64,000 nt of DNA, taken from Mobula hypostoma. Its lineage: Eukaryota. The notes under the pieces were generated by a model. It saw only the letters and a program-made list of their open reading frames with translations, ran no database searches and was not told the origin of the DNA. Positions 38,100 to 50,332 of the stretch are shown one piece after another. Location: the NCBI RefSeq assembly GCF_963921235.1, contig NC_086097.1:156304001-156368000 (forward strand), written 5' to 3'. Position 1 is the first letter of the stretch. The number at the start of each line of letters is the position of its first letter. The translations under genes were made by a program, and so were the position numbers.

Positions 38100-38265
38100 T
38101 GACACTTAAAAGTAAATTCATTATCAAAGTAAAACATAGATATCACCATACACAACCCTGAGATTCATTTTCTTACGGGCATTTAGAGTAAGTACAAGAA
38201 TCACAATAAAACCAGTGAAAGGTCACTTGCAAAAGACTAAATAATCAGTGTGCAAAACAACAAGA
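38100..38265 (-). mobile_element. Rex/Babar-type 3' end fragment
   Basis: AAAGTAAATTCATTATCAAAGT...CAACCCTGAGATTCATTTTCTT, similar to the 16564 and 57927 tail ends. Confidence 0.6.
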
Positions 38266-38686
38266 GATATTCCTACACTGCGGCAAGCAGTACACATACC
38301 AGCAATCACTAGAAGCTGAAGACTCAATTTTCAGATACAAAAGTGGCTTTAGTTAGGAATGTCTCCGTTACTTTCATTTAAAAAATGAGAAGCTATGACC
38401 CCTGCTACTAACTGACTGTTACTCACATCAAATGTCCAATAACTCTGCTCTAAGTGGCAATGGATTATTTTGCTGCTTGTCTTCTTTAGCTCTGTGTATA
38501 GCAGGGAGAGATTTCAATATAGCCTTTAATTAATCCAAATAATACACTGTCTATGGAATAATCTGTTTAATATTTTGTAGAGTTTGGTAAAAAAAAGTTA
38601 TTAATTTGTGTTTCTATTCCATGCTGTGTATTGTCAAACCTTAGATTCTAACCATGTATTTTTGTTCCAGTCTTACTGTAGGATGC

Positions 38687-41667
38687 AATAACAATGGATT
38701 TTGAAAACACTTTTCTGCTTGGTGTTGCTTGTCAGCCTGATTGCCAAGCCCATCTATTACACTGAAGTGAAATTGCTGAAACATAGCGAGGAAGTGTGAA
38801 CAAAGTCACAGGAGAGACACTGAAGCTAGTGGATATAGAAGTGCTTTAGTCAACAAAAACAAGCAATAGGCTTCATATTGAGACAATTTTGGAGGTAGAG
38901 GCTTCCCGACACAATATTACATGACATTTTCATATGCTCAAGATCAAAGGGCAATTCTATAGTTACAATGTATCTACGATCCTTCCATTAATTACATATA
39001 GTTTTCAAATACCTTCTTCTTCGCACCCACAATCCAGACACCCAAGATGAATGTTAATCAGCATTATCTGGTTTGCAATCAACTCCAGTCTACAGCTCTG
39101 GGAAAACTATTGTTCAGGGCTACATTTTAAATTGATTCTACAATCTATATTCGTGTCCGAAGATTGGTTGCTGGAGAAGTTAACATTTGCTATATACTCA
39201 TACTCTAGAATATTCCCTAACAGTCCCTCCTCTTGGTCCACCAGGACAAAAATAAAAGGCCTAGCATTAAGGAGGATCTAATCAATTAAGGAGGATCTAA
39301 GCAAAAATGTCCTGTATTTTGGAAACCCCTTACCCAATTAGCTATGTTCATCTACGTCTATGCTATCATTCCTAATGGCTATGTATTCTATGCAGAGATT
39401 GTTCTGGAAATTTGACTAACAGTCTTTTAAATGCAGCTTTGTCATTCATATGCCTATTGGCTTCTTCCCTGATAGCTGATTGCAGATTAATCACATTCTT
39501 TTTTTTCACTCCTTCATTCCCTGGTAGCTAAAGCTCTGTCAATTTTTGGGTGTCCACTAACATCTCAAAAAGCTGACCCCTAATAAACATCTTGTGTACA
39601 TCTGTGGATGACCACCACTGGCAATAAAAGCTGCCATCAGCCATTTGTCCAACCTCACCAACTCTATAAGCTGGTCAGCAGACAAATCGGAAAGCGAGGA
39701 CGCTGTTGTGGGTTCTACTTGGTTTGGTGAGAGATTTTCATACTTTACACTCTTTTCAATGCATTTCCTCAAACCATTGCCTGAGAAGCTGCAGCTGTAA
39801 CAAATAATCCCCTTTACCCTCCCACATCTATTCCAGCATTTCCTTGCTATGTTCCCTAGCTGCTGGCACACAAAGCAAGTTCTCAGTGACATCACAGCAG
39901 CTACTATACATTCACTACAGCCACTTTATGATTTCTCTTTCCCCTCTTCTGGTCTATCTCACCAGCCCATGATAATATCATGGTACTATAGTGGTCGATC
40001 CCACCACTATTCCCAAATCTGAAACTTCCTGGTGGGCTGAGCTCAGGCCTTCCTTCAGCGTTTTCAGGAAGATTGATTCAACACAAGATTATCCAACACC
40101 GAATACTACTCATGCACTCAACATTTATGGTCTGTATAATCCATGGCAGGCTGATCAGCTGTCTAAACCACTGACATTATTGTTCTCCAAATACTTTTAC
40201 CTCCCCCCAGTTGCTGCCTCATTTCCCCTTAAAGAAGTGATATCTCTCTTCATTGCTGGCATTCCCAATAGTTGCCTATGTACCATCTTTCACCCCCTGT
40301 CTCAAACTGTCTCACATATTTCTCTAGCACCAACACATCAATATCTTTAGGGTGAATCTGGTAAATTTCAATCATTTCCTCAAACTTGAGCTATAATTCT
40401 GCATTCCTGCAGGCAACCTTAAGTTAGGGCAGCTCAAACAAAATGCTATGCTTCTCCCCAGAAGTGAAGGCCTCATGGATGGTTATAATCAAAGTCAAGG
40501 ACTGGCTCACAATGTGAGGGTTCTTGAGCTGATCGTGCCTGACCTCATCAGTGCCATCTCAGTGGATATATCTGGGTATAATCTCTCCCTCAAATGTCTG
40601 CACACTAATTCCCGCACCATGCAAAATATAGACAATGGATGAAAAATAAACATTACATACTTAAAACCACAGAGTATGTACTCTTCATTCTGCCTCTTAT
40701 GTATGTCTGATCAATTTACTTTTGAAGCTGTTACACCAAGGTTACAGACTTATTCTTAAAATACACAAACACTCGCAAATGAGTCTGCTACTATACAGTT
40801 CCCCGAACCAGTATACACACACCCTTCTGGTGTCTTGAAGGGTCAGTAACCACCCTTCAGAACTGGTGGCCTTGTCTTACAAAGTTACCTAAAAATGTCT
40901 GATGTCTTACAAACACATGCATGCACACAGACCACTCTACATTTATATCTTCCAGTTCAGATCTCTGCCATGGTCATGTTACTTCGTGATCATAGAACAT
41001 AGAACATTACAGTACAGTACAGGCCCTTCGGCTCATAATGTTGTGCCGATCCTTAAACCCTGCCTCCCATATAACCCCCAACATTAAGTTCCTCCATGTA
41101 GTCACTGACCTGAACAGAACCGAGTGTGACTACTGATTTTGAAAATACTCACCCCCTTAGACTGTTGAGATCACTGACCACAAGATGGGTCATGAAAGTA
41201 TCCCAGACGAGCCCCCAAATGTTGCATCATGAACAAAGCCACCGGAGAGTCACTGAAATGAATGGATATGGAAATGTTTTAGTTAAAATAAAAAACAAAC
41301 AGCAGCATCATATTGAGACAATCTTGGAGGAAGAGGCTTCCCAACCCAATATTACATGACATTTCTATATGCTGAAGATCAAAGGTAACAACAGGACAAA
41401 CTTATACTTGCAATGTATCTACAAAGCTTCCTTTGAATTACATATAGTTTTCATACATCTCCTTCTTCGTACCCACACTCCAGACACCCAAAATGGATGT
41501 TATTCAGCATTGTCTGGTTTGCAATTAGCTCCTGTCTACAGCTCCAGGAAAACTATTGTTCAGGGCCGTAATTTAAATTTAATCTACAATCCGTGTTCAT
41601 GTCTGAAGATTGGTTGATGGATAAATGAATATTTGCTAGATACCCAACTCCAGAATATGCCCAAACA
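38687..41667 (-). mobile_element. Small non-autonomous LTR retroelement with zinc-knuckle gag remnant
   Basis: ~540-bp diverged direct repeats 38687-39222 and 41125-41667 ending in ACA; PPT AAGAGGAGGGAC (39223-39234); CFVCQQLGNIARKC..CYSC at ~39790-39880; no pol recognised. Confidence 0.75.
40991..41098 (-). mobile_element. CR1 tail fragment
   Basis: CATAGAACATAGAACATTACAGTACAGTACAGGCCCTTCGGC. Confidence 0.75.
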
Positions 41668-43059
41668 AAGTGCAGTGATTACAATGTTTACTACTGAACA
41701 GATGTTGGCAGCCTGACTCCACATGGGCAAATGCATTTGAGAAAATTTACCGATGATTTTTAAAAAATGGAAATTACATAAATGAATAACATTTTAAAAG
41801 GTAGAAATATTATAGACCATGGATAGTTGACCAGCTACTTAGATAAAAGTCTTGATACTAAACTACATATGGAAGTCCAACCAACTATCGATCAGAATTC
41901 CTTGAATGGCTTGAGGGATGAAAAATATTTTCCTGCAATTCCCACAGTTTGGGGTGAAAAGTGTCATTATAATCCAAGGGTATTGATTACAATCTTCAAG
42001 TTATTTATTTTTTAGATGGAGAAGTGGATTTGAAATCGATATGAGAAGGAGTGTGATTTTGAATTCACAGTAAAGGAATCCTACTTCTTCTAGACTGTAA
42101 GCAGAGGTAAATTTCTTTATACAGCAGGTTACTTACTGTAAGTTGAAACTCATTGCTATCTTCTGCAGAATCTGTTGCAAAAGGCAAATACTTAAATGAT
42201 CATAGGTATGAGCCATTACATCAATAGGCAATACAGATCTGAAACTGCACTGAGTTTACCCGTAATGCAGCAATTTCCCAGGTTTCAGCTTTTAATGGTT
42301 TGGATAGCTGCAGTTCACTTTAATCATTGCTGAAGTTCAGCCGGGTGAATTGTTCCCAAAAGACTCTTCCATTGAAATAGAATGCTGCAGTTAGTTCACA
42401 GAGTATAGACATCCCTAGAAATTCCACCCCGAATTACTTCTGAACTGGGCAAGCAGCTAAAAAATGACTACTTTGATGGACCTGGATTTGCATACAAATC
42501 AGACTGGGTGAGGGCAGAAGATGGGATTTAACAACTATCTACCTGATCACTGTTACAGGGGCCAGCTTTAATTAAATAAGTAAGTTGTATTGAATCACTT
42601 AAATTTAAATTCTCCCTGCCGTCATAAAGGGATTCAAATACATGTGTCCAGATCATTCTTCAGAATACTGGATGTTAGTCTAACAACTGTTGCATCACCA
42701 TTCCCCCTGCAGCCTGTCCTGCTTTGTGTGGCCTCAGCTCCATTTCCTTGTATGTTGAAGGGTAAATGCAGAGGAATTGCTGTTGGCAAGAATTACTTTA
42801 ATGTCAGCTATACCATTTTATGGCTTTTTATTATAACAAATAAGGGCAGCACCAAAATGTTCAGAGCTGAATTAAACCAGTAATAAACCTGAAAATATTT
42901 GTGATTTGCACTGGAAGTTCAGCGCAGATCATAAATATTATTCTTGCCTCCAGAATAACTGCACTGGCTTTGAGTCAGAAAAATGCATTGATTGTGGCCA
43001 GAATATGTCTGATCTACTTACATTAAGTGTATGCCTGCTAAACCTTTTCACTGAGATGC

Positions 43060-43900
43060 ATCAACTCTTCTCAGGCTTTCAGTCAGATCCAGGTCTCAAT
43101 TTTAACCGACATCTCAATAACAAACTCCACCATCTTCCTCGTGATGATATTTAGGCATGTCTAGTCCAGTGGTATATGTACTCAAATACCGTTGTCCATC
43201 CCTTCTGATTGGTTAGTGCTCAACCAATCAGATTTCCGCTCTTCCATATTCCAGTTCTTACTTAGAGTGAGACCTTGGTCTTTATTGAAATTCTTATTCT
43301 CTAGTCTTCTTCAATGGCTTCCTTCACCAGGCAGTTCCAAAAGCCATTGGCATGGCACAGCAGCTCTGCACTGTCAAAGTCAATCCTGTGGTCGTTGTGT
43401 ATGCCATGTCCTACTACTGCCAATTTCTCCAGGCAACCCAAACAGATACACCTCCATGCTCCTTGATGCAGGTTTCCACCTGCCAGAAAATGATGCTCCG
43501 CATTCACAGGAAATCCTGTAAGCGCCAGCTATCCTGAGTCCCATGTCATCTTTGCCCCACAAAAGCTCGGATTTGAGCTTCCTTACTGGTTTGTGGATGG
43601 TATTTATGTGGTATTTCTTCAGGATTCTGGTGATCCTTCTAGAAATAAAGGATAGATAGGCAGTAACTCGTATTTCACAACGATGAAGAACTGGAATACG
43701 ATTTCAAACAAAGTGAGACCGCGGAAACATGATTGGTTAAGGACTAACCAAGTAGGAGGGACAGACGATGGGAGTAGAGTATATATACCATCAGAATAAA
43801 CATGCCTAGGCGCCATTCCTGATGAAGACGGTGAAATTTACTGTCAAAACCTCATGTAAAATCGATACATGGACCTGGCTGGAAGCCCAAGAAGAGTTTT
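43060..43900. mobile_element. Penelope-like element (family C) with inverted terminal repeat
   Basis: Minus-strand GAYRISCECGAS and EKLAVVGH..DHRIDFD...LVKEAIE GIY-YIG remnant; + arm ~43690-43900 is the reverse complement of ~43060-43280. Confidence 0.8.
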
Positions 43901-44479
43901 TGTGTCTTATACACAGGGAAAGCACTAGATCCTTTTTCTCTTTACTGAGGTGTTTACAAATGCTCTTTACAACAAGAAGATGAGTGGTGCTATAATCGCC
44001 ACTTTGGATTCCTCTTGGGGAAAAAAATAGGGAACAGCTGAATCCTGTTTGCTCTGCTGAGTCAGAACTGTGTAAATATCTGCTTTTTACAAAGCTGGCC
44101 TTTGAACCCAACATTGGGCACTCTCTGTGTGAAGCTTGCCTGTTCCCTTTGCCACTACATGGGTTTCCTTCAGATGTCCTGTTTCCATCCACACAAACCT
44201 GCTGATAGGTTAATTGGCTAGTGTGCCTTATGGGAGAATTAGGATGGAGTAGATCCTATGTGACAAATGATAATTTACTGGGAAATAAATTGGGAATTGT
44301 ATCAACGGGAATGACAGGGCTGATATATGATGGGCCAAAGGCTATTCCAATGTCTTAGGAATACATGAATAGAAAGAGGACTATTCCCTTATTTATAACT
44401 TTAATTGCAGTGCTTAGGTATCAGCATTCCTGTTTACTAATGCTCCACCTTCCTTTCCTAAAAGGTTTCATCATCTGGC

Positions 44480-44891
44480 CAAACTCATCCGTGAGGCCAG
44501 TGATGTTGTGGGGATGGAACTGGACTCTCTGACGGTGGTGTCTGAAAAGAGGATGCTGTCCAAGTTGCATGCCATCTTGGAAAATGTCTCCCTTCCACTT
44601 CATAATGTACTGGTTGGGCACAGGAGTACATTCAGCTAGAGACTCATTCCACCAAGATGCAACACTGAGTGTCATAGGAAGTCATTCCTGCCTGTGGCCA
44701 TCAAACTTTACAACTCCACCCTTGGAGGGTCAGACACCCTGAGCCGATAGGCTGGTCCTAGACTTATTTCTTGGCATCATTTACATATTACTATTTAATT
44801 ATTTATGGTTTTATTATTATCTAATTATTTATGGTGCAACTGTAATGAAAAACAATTTCCCTCGGGATCAATAAGGTATGACTATGACTAT
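44480..44891 (+). mobile_element. Rex1 non-LTR 3' fragment
   Basis: KLIREASDVVGMELDSL...RMLSKLHAIL...RKSFLPVAIKLYNS; (TATGAC)n tail. Confidence 0.85.
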
Positions 44892-45274
44892 CTACAGTTG
44901 TTTGTTGCCTCCATCAATCACATCTCAACTTTTATTGCTGCATCCACTACTCCTTCCACCATGCAAATCCATCTGCACCTCATCTCTTCTCAAGTGGATC
45001 CACCTGTCACTTGCCCGTCCCTACCCTACCACTCGCCCTCAGCACGTTATGCTGACTATTTCCCTTCTACTATTTCATCTTAGATGAAGACCTGAACCTT
45101 AAATTTTCACTGTCCATTTCCCTTTATAATACTGACGACTGACTACCATGGTGAAATTCTCCCGTAGTTTGTTTCTCCTTTGTTGCAGATTTCAGTATTG
45201 CAGTCGAGTGAATTTGCAAACCTCTAAATAGAATACTTAGGTTAGAAACAAGTGAGGCTGCAGATCCTGGAAGT

Positions 45275-45660
45275 TTTGAGCCGTACCCAACCTGATGGCA
45301 TGAATATTGATTTTCTCTAACTTCCAGTAATTTCTCACAACCCCTTTCTTTTTCCATTCCCCTTTCTGGTTGCACCCACACCATTCTCTTTTCCTCCACT
45401 AGTCTCATGACCTGCCTGTTATCTTCCCCTGCCTCTCCTTATCCTTCTCTTTATTCATTGGTTCACTGTTACCTTCTATTGGATTACTTTTCCTTCAGCC
45501 CTTTACCTCTTCCACTTATCATCTACCAACTTTTTACATCATCCCCCTTTCCGCCTCTCCTCGTCGCACCTGTTACCTGTCAGCTTGCACAACCCCCTCC
45601 CTCACCTTCTTACTCAGTCTTCTGCCCCCTTCATTTCCAGTCTGAAGAAAAGTTTCAGCT
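45275..45660 (+). mobile_element. Penelope family A 3' remnant
   Basis: CAACCTGATGGCATGAATATTGATTTTCTCTAACTTCC, pyrimidine tract, CCAGTCTGAAGAA. Confidence 0.7.
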
Positions 45661-45681
45661 GTTTATAAATAAGCTCTTCTC

Positions 45682-46071
45682 AGTGTATATGAAAGTTCTC
45701 AGTCATCCAGGTCATTGGATATCAAGCAGTAGTAAATCAAGGCAACTGGACTTGCTGTGGTGCCTAGAAGACAATTCACCACTCATCCGAGAGGCTTCTT
45801 CAGTTTTGATTCATGATGGGTAGTTTACTGGTTTCTAGACTCTGTGAGTTGTTTAAAGGTATAGGAATCACATGAGGGTTTTTAAGAGTAGTAGAAGTAA
45901 TGAGAGGGTCATTAGTCTTATCTATGCATGAATGGAGTGTGAACAGTTGTGGAGATGCCGGGGTAGAGATGTTTATAAACTGGAAAACTCCCCACCATGG
46001 ATCAGAACTGAAGAAGCCCCTTCAATGAGTGGCAGCAAGTCCAGTTGCCTTGATTTATTTCTGCTTGATAT
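45682..46071. mobile_element. Penelope family B foldback copy nested in the end of a family C element
   Basis: Homologous to 2826-3531; inverted arms ~45719-45835 / 45974-46071; imperfect CTCTTCT/CCCTTCT duplication. Confidence 0.82.
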
Positions 46072-46072
46072 A

Positions 46073-46747
46073 CCCTTCTTGGGTTTCCAACAGGTACAGG
46101 TCTTGATTATAACCGATGTTTCGATTCCCAACTCAGCCATCTTCATCACGGATGATGCCTGGGCATACCTAGTCCGATGGTATTTATAACCCCATAGTCC
46201 ATCCATCCTGATCGATTAGTCTTCATCCAATCAGGCTTCCGCTCTCCCATCTTGTTTACAATCAAATTCCATTCCTCACTTAGAGTGAGCCCTTCATCTT
46301 TGTTAAAATTCTTTTCCTCTCGTTTCATTTCAATGGCTTCCTTTCCCAAACAGTCCCAAAAGCTATTGGCATGGCACAGTAGTTTTGTGTTGTCGAATTC
46401 AATTCTGTGATCACTGCAAATGCAATGTTGTGCTACCGCTAATTTCTCTGGGTAACCCAAATACATATACCTCCTGCGCCCCTTGATGCGGGTTTCCATT
46501 GTGTGTCCCATCTGGCTGATACATGGAAAAGCCAGGAAACATAACAATGAGGAGGAACCCATGACTACCACTTGTCACCTTATATTTCCATGGCTTCTGG
46601 AATATTGCCAGAATCCTGAAGAAATACCAGATTAATGCCAGATACAAACCCATAAGGAAGCTCAATCACAGCTTATGGCCAGGACTTGGGCCGGCTGGCG
46701 TTTACAGGATTCCCTGTGAATGCGGAGCAGCTTATATTCACCAGACA
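46073..46747 (-). mobile_element. Penelope family C copy with 5' inversion
   Basis: Minus ORF EKLAVAQHC..DHRIEFDNTKLL...KEAIEM..NFNKDEG; upstream GVYRIPCECGAAYIHQT lies on + strand (46524-46747). Confidence 0.82.
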
Positions 46748-46844
46748 CAGTAGTAGCTATGGGAACAATTACAAGCATTTAAAAGTTTTTGACATAGGTA
46801 AACATGCAAAGTGTCACTTCTGGACCAGACTGAATTACTGAAGG

Positions 46845-47950
46845 ATGCTCAACAGCTGTGGCAGGATTTGAATGCTATCACTTCCTACAAAATGAAACCA
46901 AGCAACATAGGTGACAACAAGGTTTCGCTCCCAGGTGAGCTCAATGCCTTTTATGTTCTCTTTGACTGACAAAGCATCGAGGCACCTTCACAAACTCCCA
47001 CAGCCCCTGGCGACCCTGTGTTTGCAGATTCTGAGGCCAATGTGTAGGAATCCTTAGGAGGGTAAATCCATTGAAAAAAATCCAGCTCAGATGGTTACTT
47101 AGCCGAGTACTAAAGACTTGTGCTGATCAGCTGGTTGGATTGTTCACTGATATCTTTAACCTCTTGCTTCAAAAACCACAGGTACAAGCCTACTTCAAGC
47201 AGGCTTCAGTTATACTGTACTGGTGCTAAAGAGCATAATAACCTGCCTCAATGACTCACCCAACAGCACTTACGTCCATTATGATGAAATGCTTGGAAAG
47301 GTTGGTGATGAAATATATACACTCCAGCTGGAGAAGTGACTGTATCCTCTCCAGTTTGCCTACATGTCATTGGAACATCTGGCCAGTGAAGACATACATA
47401 CATCGGGATGTTCTTCATGAACTGCACCTCAGAATTCAATGCTATCATCCCCTCAAAACTAATCAATAGCTCCAGGTTCCAGGTCTCAATACCTCCTTGT
47501 GCAAATGGATCCTCAATTTCCTCACATCTACATGGAGGGTTGTTGCAGTATCCATCATCAAGGACCCCCACCATCCAAGCCATGCCTCTACTCGCTGCTG
47601 CCATCAGGAACATCATGACCCACACCAACAGGTCCAGGAGCAGTTATCCCTCAACCATCAGGCTCTTAAATCGGGGGGGGGGGATAATTTCACTCTAATT
47701 CACTCACCCCAATATGGACTCACTTTTAAGAACTCTTCTATTTTTTATTTCATTTTTTCTTTTTATATTAGCACAGTTGTTGTCTTTTATACCTTGGTTG
47801 TTTGTCTATCTTATTGTGTGCAATCCTTTGATTCTATTGTGTTTCTTTGTTTTTGCTGTGAGTGCCCACAAAAAAAAATCTGAATTTCAGGATTGTATAT
47901 AGTGACATATATGTACTTCAATAATAAATAAATTTACTTTGAAGTTTGAA
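46845..47950 (+). mobile_element. Rex1/Babar non-LTR retrotransposon, degenerate
   Basis: SLPGELNAFY, VLKTCADQL..FTDIFNL, PTALTSIMMKCLERLV, LCKWILNFLT, SIIKDPHHP; AATAAA and TTTGAA tail. Confidence 0.85.
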
Positions 47951-47989
47951 ATCTGTACATATTTGTTTTTCAAATTTCCGATGAATTTT

Positions 47990-48155
47990 TGGGGGCCTAT
48001 AGTACAATTCCATCAAAGTGACCACCCACTTCTTATTTCTGATTTTCACACATATAACTTCACTGGATGATCCTCCAGGAACATTCTCTCCAAGTACTGC
48101 CGTGATGTTCTCCTTAAGCAACCCACTGTCTTGTTTGTTACTAATGTCTATCATC
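47990..48155 (-). mobile_element. CR1 APE fragment
   Basis: SSSEVICVKIRNKK.VVTLMELYYRPP. Confidence 0.7.
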
Positions 48156-49306
48156 ATTGTTATATATCTGTTGATTGGGTAACACTTCTAAAATAAAGTC
48201 AAGCAGACTGATTTAGTTCTAGCAGTTGATTGCTATAAACATGGTTAATTCAAAACAATTTTTGATTATCAATTGGCTAACTTTGGTATATTGGGAATAA
48301 TTTCTCTGAAAAGGAATTTAAGCACAGAATGCAGAAAATAAGGGAAATGGATTAAAGATAAACTATAGCAAGAAATAATATGAATGGAAATGTCATAATT
48401 ACATTTTAAAATTTAAAACGGTTAACACAATCTATAAAGAATGGAAAAAATATAAAGTCATAGAAAATAATGACAATGCAAGTTAATCTATAATGGTAAA
48501 ATTCACTGGAACCTTTTTGGTCTCCTATCAAAGATTAGGAGGATGAATTGTTTATGAAGTATAGTTACAATTGTTCGAAGTACAAATTTAAATATCAATC
48601 CCTATAAAAATATTATGGTGTGTTTCCCTTAATTTGTGTTCACTGGTTTCTATTTGGACAGTTGTGAAACTTTCCCGATAGTCACTAAAATAAAAGCAAA
48701 TTTCTGTAGTCATTGAAACTTTGAAGTAAAAGACATAGTTGTGGAAATACTGGCAGATTAGGCTACACCTGTGAGCAGAGTAACAGTTAACATTTCAAAA
48801 TATCAATTTTCAATGTAACAATGAAAATTTAAATATAAATTTGTTTCAAATGTAGAAAAAGGAGAGAATGCAGGAGAGAACAGGATGGTTTAAAGGTTTG
48901 GAGTAGAGCAAATTATGACAGCATTCGGCATGAACTAAGAAGCATTAATTGGGAATGCCTTTTCTTTGACAAGTCCACATCAGACATGTGGAGGGTGTTT
49001 AAAGATCAATTGCACAAAGTACAGGAAGTATTGGGCCTCCTAATGAGTACTAAGGTGGATAACTTCCCAGGGCCTGATGGGATTTACCCCAAGTTATTGA
49101 AGGAGGCAAGAGACAAGATTGGTGGGCCCTTGACCACTATCTTAGTGTCCTGGAAGACTAACAAGTGGCTAATATTGTACCTCTGTTTAAGAAGGGAACA
49201 AAGGCAGATCCTGGATACTATAAACCTGTGCGTCTAAAGTCAATGGGAGGGAAATTGCTGGAGAAAATTTTTAAGAATTAGATAAATGAGCATTTTGAAA
49301 CCCATG

Positions 49307-49412
49307 CAACACACATCAAAGTTGCTGGTGAATGCAGCAGGCCAGGCAGCATCTCTAGGAAGAGGTACAGTAGACGTTTCAGGCCGAGACCCATCGTCAG
49401 GACACTTTGACC
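49307..49412 (-). mobile_element. Penelope family A solo terminal repeat with hammerhead core
   Basis: Reverse complement CTGACGA-T-GGG-TCTCGG-CCT-GAAA-CG-TC; ACCCATG repeated at 49300-49306 / 49413-49419. Confidence 0.8.
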
Positions 49413-50069
49413 ACCCATGTCCTAATTAAGGAGTGCCAGCATGGCTTTGTGCAGGGCAGGTCATGCCTTACCAACTTGCCAAGTTTTTGGACAAGATGAT
49501 GAGTGAGATTGTTGAGGATAGGGCAGTGGATGTTGTCTACATGGATTTTAGACTGCGTCCCTCATGGAAGGCTAATCCAGAAGATTAAGTTGCATGGGGT
49601 CTGTGGCAAATTGGCTGTTTGAATGCTGAACTGGCTTGCACATAGAAGACAGTGCGTAGTTATTGAAGGGACTTAGTTGAGCCGGAGGATTGTAATTTGT
49701 GGAGTTCCATAGGGATCTGTGCTCGGACCTCTGATGTTTGTGATGTCTATAAATGCTCTGGATGAAAACGTAGATGGGTGTGTTGGTAAATTTGCCGATG
49801 ATACTAAGATTGGTGGAGTTGTAGATAATGTAGAAGACTAGAGAAGAATACAGCACAATATAGATCAGTTGCAGATATGGGCTGAGATGTGGCAAATGGA
49901 GTTTAACCCAGATAAACGTGAGGTGTTACATCTCGGTAGGGAACAGGCAAGGGGATGGTACCTGTTAAGGGCAAGATCTTTAATGGTGTTACTGAGCACA
50001 GAGATCTTGGGATCCAAGTTCATAGCTCTTTGAAAGTAGCCACATAGGTTGATAAGGTAGTTAAGGTAT

Positions 50070-50332
50070 TAGTCATAGTCATAGTCGTAGTCATAGCCAT
50101 ACTTTATTGATCCCGGGGGAAATTGGTTTTCATTACAGTTGCACCATAAATAATAAATAGTAATAAAGCCATAAATAGTTAAATAGTAATATGTAAATTA
50201 TGCCAGGAAATAATGAAATAAGTCCAAGACCAGCCTATTGGCTCAGGGTGTCTGACCCTCCAAGGGAGGAGTTGTAAAGTTTGATGGCTACAGGCAGGAA
50301 TGACTTCCTATGATGCTCAGTGTTGCATCTCG
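50070..50332 (-). mobile_element. Rex1 3' fragment nested in CR1
   Basis: Reverse-complement homologue of ~44650-44891 with (GTCATA)n tail. Confidence 0.85.

Noticed and set aside
39266..39300. ATTAAGGAGGATCTAA duplicated, resembling bacterial Shine-Dalgarno sites
   Set aside because: A simple 16-bp local duplication in an LTR element, with no downstream ORF and no bacterial context
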